64,000 nucleotides of DNA, from NCBI RefSeq assembly GCF_009914755.1, contig NC_060928.1. One strand, given 5' to 3'. The notes under the pieces are model-generated. The model saw only the letters and a list, made by a program, of their open reading frames with translations. It made no database searches and was not told the DNA's origin. The position numbers were made by a program, and so were the translations under genes. This stretch comes from the human T2T-CHM13v2.0 reference genome, Homo sapiens. Positions 40,949-54,889 of the stretch are shown here, in pieces (position 1 is the first letter of the stretch; each line of letters opens with the position of its first letter).

Positions 40949-42859
40949 CTCTGGTTCTCCTGACCTCTCCTCCAGTTGTGTTTCTGTTCCCAAGGTGGTG
41001 CCTCGGTGCTAATACCTCGTAATTTTTCTGTCAAACCTTTCCAGTGGCTGAGTACAATTGATGAACTCTCACTTCCCTGGCTTATGGGGAGTACTTGACA
41101 TCTGAGAAGTCATGAGGTCAGAGCGGGGGGGAGTCCTGGACCGGCCCCAGGTAATGGAGTGCTCCACACTGTGGGGTCTTCCCCTTGTCCTCTCTCTGAG
41201 CCAGTCTGTGGCAGTGGCCTCTGCATTCCAGAAGGCTGCAGCACAACAAGTGGCCTCCAGGATGCCTCTCCTTGGGCACTTAGAGATTACTCCAGCTAAA
41301 AACAAACAAACAAACAAACAAAACAGTCCTGCAGTACCCTGTGTGTAACTCTGCTCTTTCTCCTTATTAACTGGAGTCCAGCTGCATTCGGCCTCTTGAA
41401 ACAGCAAACTGATGAGTGGTGCCATCCTTTGACCTTTGCAAATGGGGGTTCATTGGTGAGCCCTCTAGCGTTAAATATAGTGTCCAGGCAAGTGAGTGAT
41501 AAGCAGTTGTCCTCCTTTCTCCCCTTTCTAGCCCCAAACAAGGAAACCCAAGCCAATTCGTGCTGAGAAAACTTTTCCTCTCAGTGGCACCCATTCCTTC
41601 CTCCACACCCCGGCCCCCTCCTGCACCAGGTTACTCGATCTGTGAGGTGAACAGCTCTTCTGAGCTGGGTTCCTGTTTCATCTTCTTCCTGTTAATTAGT
41701 GTGAACTGCCCGTTTCTGAGAAGTGCCCGACTATTTATTTCAGACCAGGCAAGTCTAAACACAGCTCTACCAACCACAGCAGGAGACAGAAGTGGTAAAG
41801 TTTCTTCGCTCATGCAGACGAGAGCCATGGGCACGGGGCCGGCACCAGGAAGAAGCGCGTTCATTCATTGGGTGTGAAGCTCAGGGTCTTAGGGCTCCTC
41901 TCTGTAGGGCCAGCCTTACCAGCAGGCAAAGCTGTGGCTCTCCACATTCAGGGGCTTCAAGCAGGGTCTACTCCCCAGAGTCATGTGTCACAACTTGTCA
42001 CCCCCTCCCCAGATGACATGATTGGAAACTCTATCCTTTGGCTCATACAGGTTTTACAGAGCCCCTCCCTGGTAATGTGGAAATCCTCTGAGAGAGCATT
42101 TCATCCTAGCAAGCAAGACTTTCCAGAATTGAGACACACCCCCACACCTCGGTCAGGATGGGTCAATAGCGGGGCTGGGGAGAGAAGGGGGTGAAGGGGA
42201 TGGATACGGGCGGCTGGAGTGGGGAGAAGGGACTTCAGGGAAGAACTTCACTCACTTGGGAATTTTGCTTAGTGATGGCCTTGCTCTGTGGTTGCTTATT
42301 GAAAAATGTCAAGTTGGGGTCACTTTAGTCATTGCCATCTGTCAGGGAGGACAAAGGCCAGTCTGTGGTCAGGGAGCCCAAGGGGAGAGGTTGCACTTGG
42401 GGAAGGGTAAGTCTGTAATGCACTTGTCTTGTAAAAATGCTCTTTAGTCAATTAAGAAGGTTTTAAATGAGAAGAGTAACCGGACAGGCAGGATCTTCAT
42501 ATTTTTTCTATGTACTGCAGAATATTCATGAGGAAAAAAAGTAGGATTTCTTGGGCATCTTTTCCTTTCAAGAACCTTCTAAAATGTTACAGCCCAAATG
42601 GCTCTTTCTTTTTCTCAAGCTGTGAAGACCTCAGGGGGTGCTCCCTCTCTGGGCTTCGTGGTGAGGATGTTGTTATAAAACTTGGGGCTGAGGACTTTAC
42701 ACTGGGACAAACCTTTAAAAGAAGCCTGCTGTGCTGTGGAAGTGTGGGTATTCTCCAGCTTTCCCAGGTCAGGCCGACTGCTTCCGGGCAGCCTACAGAT
42801 CAGAAGGCAGGGCTCCTTTGTGCGAGGAATTTGCATCTGAGGCAAAGATTTATAGTAAA

Positions 42860-42878
42860 CGGCCACCAGATGGTGCCT
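42860..42878 (+). promoter_or_regulatory. Candidate CTCF site
   Basis: ggCCACCAGATGGTGcc against the core CCASYAGRKGGCR. Confidence 0.5.
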
Positions 42879-44587
42879 TAGTCCTCCTCAAGCTAATATT
42901 CTGGCTTGCTTTGTTCTCTTTGCTGATGAAAGCTGACATTTCACGGGAAGAACAGTCAATCCCTGGGAAGATGCTGGGACCAAAGGAGCCACAAGTATTA
43001 TTTTATTTGTTCAGCCTGACAAGACTCCAAGCTCATAAATGTGGGGGAGCCACAGTCATTGACCTAGAGCTAATATAAGTGCTTATTTCTTCACACAGTG
43101 GGATGCAACAATTAAGGTCGTATCAGCTCCCAACATGCATGCGGACCTGACTCAGTGCTAATTGCTCCCAACAAGCATGCTGATGCTGGATTCATAGCTG
43201 ACTTCTAGCTCTCAGAGGGTTTGGGTGACCTTGCTTTAGGGGGAGATAAATGCTTCATTCTTTACACTGGGTTTCTAAATAAATCACTTCAGTTTAACTT
43301 TTTTTTAATTCTCTTTCGGAGACCAATATTGGGTTTTTTTTCTCTTTCACTAAGAAAACAGGAATTTAATTTGGAAAACTCAGTTTTAAATGAACATAGT
43401 GACCTTTATAATTTTATTTTCCTTAGCAAACATCTTTTACTGCTTTTCCAAAAGACTGAACTTAGCCAGAATTACGACAGGTAAAACTTCTCACTTCATG
43501 AGTTTAATGAAATGACTCGATCTCCCCACAGACGTTTCCAAAATCTGGAGAGCGGCTGTGAGTTTGCAGTGCAGTATGGGGAGAGGTAAGAACAATGCCT
43601 TTGGAATTTGGAATCCTTGTACCCCGGTGAAATAGTCCTGCTCACCTCCCTGCATTTCACTTTCTCTCCATGGCAACGTTTGATGTGGGGCAGTCACCCA
43701 GTTTTATTATTTAGTCTGCATGCACACACACACTCACACACTCACCCTTAGGCAGAGGACTAGAAGAACCCATCGCCACTTTTACCCTTCATTTCCCAAG
43801 TCCTGAGGCATCACTGTCTCATTTCCACCCTCAGGGTTTAATCTCAGAGTGTGAGAACGAGGCAGGCCTCTGCTGGGGTGGCCAGGATGTCCCTGACCCC
43901 ACCAGCAGGGAAGAGTCAACACACTGAGGACAGCCCCTGCTCCTTCTCATTTGGTTGAGGTTGTCAGAGCATGCATGTGGCAACACCATCCATGGTTCCG
44001 TGACGTCTCCCTGAAGATGCCATCTGTGGGCTCAAAAGCTGGATCGATGGGAAGCCAGCCCCGGGCTGTGCATCTGTCACAAACCGTGTCTTCATCTTCC
44101 CAGGCCAAGTTCAGTTCATTCTTATTTTCACACATCCAACTGGGCGCTACCAGTTAGAGGCCTCACTGGGGCTTCAGGGAGTGGGTTCGTGTTGCTATTG
44201 GCAGCAGTTCAGTCCTTTGCTGATCAACAACATCCACCTTGGGATGCCATGCACCTACTTCTTTACCTGTAGTTACTTTGAATGTTGGTTCCAACACACC
44301 ATTTGCAGGAACAGAGCCGCCAGGAACTGGTGGTGTGAGATCCCAGGGTCTCCTGTGTTACTTGTCAACTAAGCAGTAGCAGCTGCAGCTGATGGAAATA
44401 CATGCCCATAGGCATTCGACCAACTGGTTAAACTCTTGACTCTGCCACCTTAGAAGTTTTGTGGCTCGACACCAATTACTACTGGGAACAAGTTTCCACT
44501 CCATTCCCACGCCACAGTCAGACAGGGTTGAGGGGGATAATAGGTCTTCGCCCTGCAGCCCAAGCAACCCGTTTGCACGGCTGGCTG

Positions 44588-44606
44588 CCCGCCACCTGGT
44601 GGTAGA
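44588..44606 (-). promoter_or_regulatory. Candidate CTCF site
   Basis: Reverse complement tctaCCACCAGGTGGCGgg is a full core match. Confidence 0.6.
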
Positions 44607-44689
44607 TGGAGGTAAAGCAGCCTCCTGAGGAGAACTGCCCGGGTTTGGAGCAAGAGGGACTTTCTAAGTGATTCAATCTTGTGCTGTCA

Positions 44690-44975
44690 TTTTCACTGGA
44701 GGAAATTCAGGCTTAGAGATGATGGCAGGCTTGTCTGAGCTCTCAGAGTGGTAGAGTACGGTGGTTAAGAGCAAGCATTCTGGCGTCTTAGTGTCTGAAT
44801 CCTGGCTTGGCAGTCAGGAACTAGTGTAACCTTGGAGGAGTTTCATAACTTCTCAGTAATCACTTTCCTTATCTATGAAATGAGGGAAATCATGCTCCTT
44901 ACCTCAAGGGTTTTTAAACAGATTAAATTAGGTGGTGATGTGGAAGTGCTTAGTCCTGTGCCTGACCCTGGTAAG
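44690..44975 (+). mobile_element. MIR fragments
   Basis: gtggttaagagc...tttccttatctatgaaatgaggg...agattaaattag. Confidence 0.7.
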
Positions 44976-45913
44976 GGACACATCTCTAGATGACTCTGTC
45001 TTCACTCTGGAGCTATTTAACTGTATTTGTAATGCCCCCTACAATGGGTGACACTCCTTACATTCCCCATTTAGATCTGAAAGTAGGAGTGAGGACTCCA
45101 AAGACCACTGAAGAAAGCGTGAAAGATATTTTGCTTTTGAATGGAACATTAGACTTTGGTTACTGAGTGAAGGAAGAGTGCAAATGACATTTTGGTGCCA
45201 ACATGGCTCAAATTCATTGTCATAGATTGAATGTGTTGGGTATTCTAAAAATGTTTGTTAGATGAAGGAAGGGGAAGGGGCGTGAGCAGAGGTCAGAAGT
45301 GGCCCCTGTCTCAGGAGAGAGGAGCTGGAAAAAGAGAAAGTCTCATTTTACACTATCCACAATAGCTCAGAAGACCAGCTGGGAACCCTTGCAGTAGAAA
45401 TCTCCCTGGCTGCCTCTGTTTTTGTAACAATGACATTAGAAAGACCAGGTACTCCTGTAGATGCTGTATTCTTTAAGTAAGTGTGGACACCTTTATCCTG
45501 TTTGAGACTGGACTGGCAGTTCTGTTGAAAATAGGACAGGTGAGCCTTGCCAGGAGCTAAGGAGACAAGGAGAGAGAAAAAGAAACAAATACCTCGACTT
45601 TCTCCCCCTTCTCTTTAATTTACTAATGGTGTGTGTCCTATGGTCATGATCTAAGTCAGAGCTAGGGAGTAAGGAGCCCAACTGATGCAGCTTATGGATG
45701 CCTTCCTCCCAGGGCACAGAGCAGGGTGGAACTGGATCTTAGAACATAGAGGAACATGCACAGCCAACGGCTTATGCATATGCACCCAAAAATATTTGGG
45801 TGATTTATATTCAACTCTGCTTCTCTCAATTTGAAGAGGTTGCTCATTTATAATACTGTATTTCTAATGGTATTACCAAAAAAAGTGTGATGTTTTTTGT
45901 TGTTGTTGTTTTT

Positions 45914-45967
45914 TCTCCTCTCCTCTCCTCTCCTCTCCTCTCCTCTCCTCTCCTCTCCTCTCCTCTC
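45914..45967. repeat. (CCTCT)n pentanucleotide microsatellite
   Basis: About 10 copies directly visible. Confidence 0.95.
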
Positions 45968-46291
45968 CCAACCCCGGTCTCTGCTCTTCTTTGCCTTTTA
46001 AAGTGGTTCTCACACAATATCCAATATGAATGGGGTTAATAGAAATGTAGATGGAAGTAAAGAGACAAACACAACTTTCTAGAACATTCCCCTTCCTATG
46101 CCATTGCCCAACCCCAGCATGTTCTCGGGCCTGCTGATGACGCTGGTGCCTATGGTGAGTTGGGGAGAAAAAGGGAGAAACAGGGTAAAATGGGAGAGTG
46201 ATGGAGAGAGAAGATGGCTTCATGGTGTCTGGAACTGCATTTGGCATCATGGGTATGATGCCTTCACTCCATTTCTTCCTGGCTGTAGATC

Positions 46292-46930
46292 CATTTAATC
46301 AATAATACTTATTAAGCATATAATTTGTGCCAAACACCATGTCAAGCACTGATGAATAATGCACAGCCCTGCCCACAGGGATCTTACAGTCTATATTCTC
46401 TAGGTGCTTATGATGCACTGCAGTTGGTGTCAACCACACAGTGAGATAAAGTCAGCACAGAGGCACTCCCAGGCACAGAGAGAGGCGGAAGAGTCAGGGA
46501 AGGCCTCCCAGGTTACTGACTCTTAGCAACAGAGTTAGAGGCCAAGAAATTAACAAATGAAAGGAGAGGAAGGTAGGGAGGATGCACTTGGCAGAAAGAG
46601 ATCTTGGCAAAGGGATAAAAATCATGATGTGTTTGGGGCTCATTCTGGATGACTGAGGCAAGGAAATGTGTAGGCAGCTGCCAGAGGAGGTTTGGAGAGG
46701 TAGGCAGGTCTCAGAGCAGGGAGGACATGAGGGCTTAAGAGAAGGAGTTCAATTTTATTCCGAAGGCCATGGAATGGTGTCAAGAGTTTCCATAAGAGAC
46801 TAACTAGGCCAACACCATTTCTAGAGCAATCGTAGTGGCAATAGTATGGAGGCTGAAGGGAGCGGAGAAATGGAAGAAGGTTCTTTCAGTAAACTGGGCA
46901 GTCAATGACAAAATCCCGACGTGAGCTAGC
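46292..46930 (-). mobile_element. L2 fragment
   Basis: atttaatcaataatacttattaagc...tgtgccaaacacc...gtcagggaaggcctcccagg. Confidence 0.7.
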
Positions 46931-47317
46931 AGCAGGAAGAGATGAAGCGGGGTGTCACAGTCTATAAAGAGAGGCCAACGATAGGTGGCAACCTCGAACA
47001 TCAGCCTCAGGTTCTGCCTCACGTTGTGGGCTTTTCCGACTGCACTACTTGGTGAATTTTGCTATCTGTTTCAGTTAAATTCAACGTGCAGAGGGGAGAA
47101 AACTCTTTCTGGATGAATATCTATTCTTTTCAGAACAGAGAGCCTCTATTGTCTACTTTCTAAACAAATTTCTACTGGATATCAAAGAAGCCTTTCAGAG
47201 CTTGTTCTGGGACATGCTAAGTCCCATGAAACCTCACTGGAATGAAATGAAATGAAATGTAGAAGCAGCACCAAGAGGGGCTGGTGCAGCAGGCTCAGAT
47301 CTAGGGTACGACATGTT

Positions 47318-47951
47318 CCCTACATATGCCCTAGCTATGCCCTAGGTATACCATACATATGCTTTACATAAACCCTACATATACCCTACATATGCCCTAC
47401 ATATACCCTACATATGCCCTAGGTATACCATACATAGGCTGTACATAAACCCTACATATACCCCACATATGTCCTAGATAAGTCCTAGGTATGCCCTATG
47501 TATGCCCTACATATACCCTACGTATGCCCTAGATATATCCTAGGTATGCCTTACATATGACCCAGTATGCCCTATGTATGCCCTAGATATACCCTACATA
47601 TGCCCTAGGTATACCCTAGATATACCACACATATGCTCTACATAAACCCTATATATGCCTTAGGTATGCCCTAGGTATGTCCTAGGTATGTCCTACATAT
47701 GAACTAGTATGCCCTAGATATATGTATGCCCTAGATATACCCTATATATTCTCTACATACACCCTATGTACGCCCTATGTATGCCCTAGATATACCCTAT
47801 ATATTCTCTACATACACCCTCCATATGCCCTACATATACCCTACATCTGCCCTAGATATACCCTATATACACCCTAAATATATCTTAGATAAACCTTATA
47901 TATGCCCTACATATGCCATTGATATACCCTAGATATGCTCTACATATGCCC
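47318..47951. repeat. Minisatellite, 11-bp unit CCCTA(C/G)(A/G)TAT(G/A), about 57 copies
   Basis: Units read directly: ccctacatatg ccctagctatg ccctaggtata ccatacatatg ... Confidence 0.95.
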
Positions 47952-49559
47952 AGATGCTTTTGAGTGTGGGCACCAATGTAGATCATCTCCTTAACTGTAG
48001 GAGAAGGGACCCCAGCTCCATTTTGTTTTTACTGCCTCCCATCTTTAACTAGACGACTTTCTTTTTGGGTTCTTCCTGTGAGTTGATGTGGAAAGCTAAG
48101 ATGAACGCATGTTGCACAAACCGACTCCACAAGCTCACCTGGTTTATCACTGACTGGCTGGGTGTCAAACTCTTGGCTTATGCCCTGGAGATTGGATGCT
48201 GCCTCCATTTATAGAAAAGAACGGTTTGGGGATGAGGGCTGAGGCTACTGGTCATTTTCTTTGGGAGCTTCTTCCCAAATATGATGAGATGTCTCAGGTG
48301 GACAGTTTTGGAGCTACCTACAGCCTGTACACAGGAGGGCTTGCCACATCTGTAAATTTTGAATCTGAGTTAAGATTGGCTGACCTCTGAATCAGAAAGG
48401 TTTGTTTTGGAAGTACTGACTCAATTTCTGTTCCAGTTATAAATAGCAAGATTAAAGCTATAGCTGAGGATTCTGGCAGTACATGTTTTTAAAAACCTAA
48501 GTGACAATGAAATAGCTTAATGAACTAGTAAATTTCTTTGCAGGAAGTGTAAGGCTTGTAAAATCATTGAAGAAAAGCTTTAAGATACCATATAAATACA
48601 GTATGCATTGCTAAAGTGTGTTTAATTATGCCAGTAGATTGTTATTTTAAAGCAATTCCAAAGACAGTTGTATAGGTTAATCATAATAAAGGCAATTACA
48701 ATACTGATGCTTTTGAAATAAGAAGGGTTATGTTTTTTAAGAGTGTAATTATGTTTCTGAATGAGTCTATGTAGAGAAAGGCAAAGGAACATAAGGGCCT
48801 CTGCTTGAAGCCTTCAGCTGCTGAGTTAGAATTTGCAAGTCAAAACTTATTTGCATCTAATTCTCAGAACACACAAAAAAAGTCACGAAAGCTTACTTTA
48901 AGGAGAAATTCTAAAGATTATTAGAAATTTTTTTAGAGTAAACCGGGAGGAAGGAAAACAAAGCAGGAAAACCAAGTGAGACTTGCAATTTTGTCTACCA
49001 CATGTAAATGTGCAGATGGTTGACATATCTAAAGCAATCCTGGCAAAGGTCTTGCATGCATCATCCCAGTAAGCACATTTATAACAGGCAGCCCATGTAC
49101 CCAGCTCCACGCAGGATGCAAAACATGTATTAGACGTGGCTCATTCCAGACCTGGTCCCTGGCTTCAAGCTAATTCACCATGTAGTTGGCAATATAAGAC
49201 ACATGACAAGTGGACACACAAGCGCAGGCATACAATTAACGCCGCAGAGCAGCCTTGCCTGCGATCTGAATGCATCCCTTTCCTCTTTTGGAACTGAAAC
49301 CACACAATGAGGCATTTCAGTCACAACAAATGGGTGACAGAGGCATAATAGGCCTGGCTTTAAAGTTATCTTAAAACAGCTTCTGTATTTCGGCTTCGTC
49401 TTTCATAAAGGCAGAATCAGAACACTTCCCACTACATGTCTTCTCTTTGCTTTCTCTAAGTGGGGACAATGATGCTGGCTGAAATTAGAAGGGTTTGGAG
49501 ACAATGAATCTCTGGTCAAGCAAGGTCACAAATAAGGGTGGCTACGATTGAGGAAAGAG

Positions 49560-49995
49560 AGGTTATCAGTTTTGGCTAAACCCAAAATAGCAGCGGTCTC
49601 ATGTGAAAGAAGACTGAAGGCAGGCAGTCTATGCCCATGCTTCAAGGACCAAAGCTGCTTCTCTCCTGCTGCTCCACCAACCCTCACCATGAGGCTTCCA
49701 CCTCATTGCTTTAAGATGGTTGCATGGGCTCCAGCCATTATGTGTGGATTTTAGCCAGCAGGAAAGAGGGTGGAGAGAAGAAGGGCATGCCCCTCCCTTT
49801 AAGGTTGCTTCTTAAAAGTCTCACACAGTTCCACCTGCATCCCATCAGCCAGAAATTAGTTGTATGGCCCCACCTAGTTGCAAGGGAGGCTAGAAAATGT
49901 GGCCTTTATTCTGGGCAGCCACACGCCCAGCTACACACCAGGGGCTGTGTTGTGAAGCAACAAGGGGAGAACAGATACTGGGGGTCTCTGTCATA
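49560..49995 (-). mobile_element. MLT1J-like LTR
   Basis: ccacctagttgcaagggaggctagaaaatgtggcctttattctgggcagcc. Confidence 0.7.
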
Positions 49996-50767
49996 AGGAA
50001 TTAGCCAAAGGTACGAATGCATGAAGGAGCCTGGGCACTGTTCTTTGAATTGGCACAATTTCTCTGCTTGTCTAGAAAAGGAAGTTACACCTGTGTTAGC
50101 AGAGGGCAAAGACCTGCAATGCTCACCTGGCACCAACCAGTACAGGAAACCAGCTCCCCCATGGCACCAACCAGCCTCCTGTCTGGCTCAATAGGTTTGC
50201 ATTTATGTCTTTATTAAGGAAGAGCCAAATTTCATGTCTAGTCTCACTTTTTCTTCCACGGATCACTTATAAATCTAATTCTCAGGGATGTCATTCCAGA
50301 CCAGAACCCACCGGAAGCCTCCAGGTGCTGCAGTGAGGAGGAGCTGGAACCCTTCTCCTCCAGGTGCCAGCTCGCGCTGCTGTGGTTCTCATCTGTAGAG
50401 GACGTGGACCATCCAGGGAATCACCTGCAGCTGACAGAGGAAACTCTGAAGCCCACCAGGCCTGTACAGACTGGGGAAACACCAGTGCCTGAGGATAGTG
50501 GCTAAACTGCCAGAGAACATGGGGCTGAGGTGGAGCCTGGATGACTCTTCTGCCTCTGAGCAAAGCTGCTTGCCCTACACACAACAGTATTGTCTTAACA
50601 TCTGCTGAGTTCCCAGGTCCTCTTAGCAGCAGGCAGAGGCATTCAGAGCCCAGACCCCAAAGACATGCTGATCTGGTTTAAACCTGACTGTGCTACTCAT
50701 CAACTGGGGGACCTAGGCAGGTTACATTGTCTTTTTGTGCCTCAGTTTCCTCATCTATAGAATAGAG

Positions 50768-51583
<816 letters not shown>

Positions 51584-51713
51584 ACTGTTAATAATAGTGC
51601 CAACTTCAAAGGGTTGTGGGGAGGCTCAAATGAGCCAAGGTACATAAAAAGCTTTGAATTGAGTCAGGCCTATTGAAATCACTGTGGAAGTGTTGGATTT
51701 TATTATCTCCTTT

Positions 51714-52028
51714 TATTTATTTATTTATTTATTTATTTATTTTTTGAGATGGAGTAATGCTCTGTTGCCCAGGCTGGAGTGCAGTGATGTGATCTCAGCT
51801 CACCACAACCTCTGCCTCCTGGGTTCAAGTGATTCTCCTGCCTTAGCCTCCTGAGTAGCTGGGATTACAGGTGCCCACCACCATGCCTGGCTAATTTTTG
51901 TATTTTTAGTAGAGACAAGGTTTACACCATGTTGGCCAGGCTGGTCTCAAACTCCTGACCTCAGGTGATCTGCCCACCTCGGCCTCCCAAAGTGCTGGGA
52001 TTACAGGTGTGAGCCACCATGTCTAGCC
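51714..52028 (-). mobile_element. AluSx-like with (TTTA)n tail
   Basis: Full Alu; TSD ttattatctccttt. Confidence 0.92.
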
Positions 52029-52507
52029 TTATTATCTCCTTTAAAAGGTAAATGGTACAGAAAGGATAGAGCCAGGGAACTCAGGTCTGCAGATGGCTGG
52101 TGCAGAGACCTTTCTGCTAATTCTCTAGTCTCGCTACAAAACCTACTTCTGCACTCCAGCTTCCCACTGAAAAGATCTCGGAATCAACATGACTGTCAAC
52201 GCCTGCAAATCAGCACTCCCAAAATGCTCAGGCATCCTTTCAAAATGCCTGCCCTTTGGCTGTGCTTTCATTCCATCTCCATTCTCCCTCTCCACACTTT
52301 CGCCTCGGTCTGCATTGATATTTTTTCTTCCCCACAAAGAAAACTAGATCTAGTCATAGCCAATAGAGACAGTATTGTGAGAAAGTAGTTACAGGACCTG
52401 AAAGATGTATATGTTTTCTTAAACTTTGGAAAAGCAGGGGGGTGATAGAAGGAGAGTGTATATGTGTGCTGTATATAACTATATATGTACTGATAAATAT
52501 AATTTTC

Positions 52508-52860
52508 TGTATTATCAGAATAGGCTAGATTAAATAGGCTAGATTACTTACCCAAGGTCATACAATTTCAAATTGACCTCCAAATTTCAATGACTCATTA
52601 CAGTAGTTTTTTCTTATTCATGCCCCTGCCAATGCGGGTTGGAGGTAGAGAAGTCCTCTGCTCCATATGGTCACTCAGGAGTCCAGGCTGATGGAGCACT
52701 GCTGGTCACTGTGGCAGAGAGACAATGTGCTTTGTCCAAAAGCACACAGTACATTGTCACTGTGCTCACAGCACATTGTCCTTGCCTTACTGCAAGGGGG
52801 CTAGGAAGTTGGGGAGGGCACGTGGCTGTTTGGTGAGCCAGAAATATCTCTGGTACAGTG
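52508..52860 (-). mobile_element. Old MLT1 (I/J-like) LTR
   Basis: tgtattatcagaataggctag...gtcactcaggagtccaggctgatgg...tgcaagggggctaggaag. Confidence 0.6.
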
Positions 52861-54889
52861 ACAGAGAATTTAAATGTATTCCTTTTCTGTCCTAGAATAG
52901 CTTCACAGGAGAAAAAGGGTCTGAGCCATAGGAATTTAGAGCTGCAGAAACATGAATGAAGTGCTTCCATTCATATTTATGTCCATTCATTAAGTATAAA
53001 GGATATTATCAGACTTGCATTGCCTTTTATGTTTCTACCATAAGTACTTCCACCTGTATTCTGACAGATTTTTAAAAATCAAGAAGATAGCTTTTCTCCT
53101 TAATTTTTCCTGAAACAACAGGCAGACTTTATCCTAATTAGGAGGAGTAATATGTGAAAGCTAAAGTTTCCCCCTTTGCCACCCTCTGGGGGTGGGTGTA
53201 GAGATCATCCGCACTTGCTCACTAGTGTGTCACTCCCACCCTCCCCTGCTCTCCTCAGCCTGCCCCTCCCTCCCCACGGCTGCCCATTAGTGTGTATTCA
53301 GTCCTGACTGAAATCTGATAACTGGGTTTGCAATTCATTTTTTGAATGGGAGGTACAAAAAGCACTAAACCTGAAACTTAGAAGCAAAAGAGACTTAAGT
53401 ATGTATGCCACCTCGAACCACTTGAAATCATGTCCCCAGATCCTCTTTTCCCTCCAATTTGCAGAGTTTCAGTTAAAGCATTGCTCCTCTGAGCACTGAG
53501 GACTTGGTAAAAGGACTCTCAGAGGCAGTGGAGAGAGGTCTGCTCTGCATCTAATTTGGGCCAAAGGAGTAAAGTGTCTGTGACCCTGACAGTGGGGATG
53601 GGTGTGGAGTTATTTCCCAGGACACCTGATTCCATATAAACCCCAATCATACCTTCAGCTGAATAAACGATAGCACAACCCTCATGTGGGGCCCTGCAAG
53701 ATGTTTTGATGTTTGGGCTAGAAATTGCTGAATTTAGAATGGCAGGTTTCCAGATCTGTGATTCTAAAAGAGAGAAGAGTCAAGAAAAAAAAAAAGGGAG
53801 CTTCTCAGAAATAAAATTCCAAGCAGAGAAATATGAATGGGTCTATTGTTGGGGAAAGGGCACCTTTGGAAGCCGACATGAATCCTGCTGGTTCTGCCCT
53901 GCGGTCTCTCTTTCTTGGATCAGGCCTGCTTCCTCCTGGTGTCCTGCAGGCCTGGAGTAAGGTCCTGTTCCCGTCCTCATCAGACCTACACCCACTATGC
54001 TTTTGGTTTCTCTCTCCTCCAAATCCCTGGCTGAGGTGGACAGTCCTGAGGCTCAATTTTTTTCCTGCCACTCCTGCAAATCTGCATCCAACCCCTTGGG
54101 CATAAGGTGTTTTATTGGCAATTCACTGAGAAAGACAGAAGAGGGTCAGACATATGCAATGATGAAGAAATCCCAGAGGCGGCCAACATCTCAGAGCCTC
54201 AGAGCAGCCATTTCCACAGGTGACACCAAGGTCAGCTGCCCCCTGTTCCTGCCCCCTCCTTCCTTGTCCCCTTTGCTCCACCACAGCCTCCCCCTGCTCC
54301 AGACACCTGGTGGCTCTCCTCGGGGTAGGAGTGGCTGTCCAGGTGTGGAAGGCAGGAGTGAAAGCACAGGTGCCATCGGAGTGTCCCAGATGATGATTCA
54401 CATCTCAGGGAACTTCGGATGAGAGGTTTAACTTCAATGAGAGATTTTCTCCCCAAAGGAAAGTCACCTTCAGATGCTTCCTCATATGACCTTAAAGGAT
54501 AGATACACCTTACAGAGGGCCCATCAGGGAGCTCACATTTTAAAGGTGGGAGGAGAGTGGCAGAACAGAACAGCACAATCAAAAGGCCATGGGACCTTCA
54601 GCTTAAGTGCTACTTGCCAACTCAGATGCCCAGAGCAGGCCAGGCAACAAGACAGAGCTGCCCCAGGTCCATATGGCATCTCTGGGTCATTGATGCAATG
54701 GGGCCCTTCTGCTGGGACAGGCATCTCCGTGTTGGGGCCACTGCTCGGCAAGCAGAGCCTGGGCACCTTCCAGGCCCTGGTACCATGGCAAGGAGCCTCG
54801 CGTGTGACACACCTGCTCTCTGTGTGCAGTGCCCGGGTATGGCAGCAGGGAGGACTGTGGAGTTCACTTTCACCAGGGCTGTCACTCAG

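Noticed and set aside
45775-45802. Small palindromes (tgcatatgca; cacccaaa-aata-tttgggtg) and micro-duplications at about 22230, 23536, 32440, 52519 and 60130
   Set aside because: Short enough to arise by chance or slippage; no further structure.
47318-47951. CRISPR-like array, or interstitial telomere / coding repeat
   Set aside because: Contiguous 11-mers with no unique spacers and no cas genes; the unit is not TTAGGG; no long ORF.
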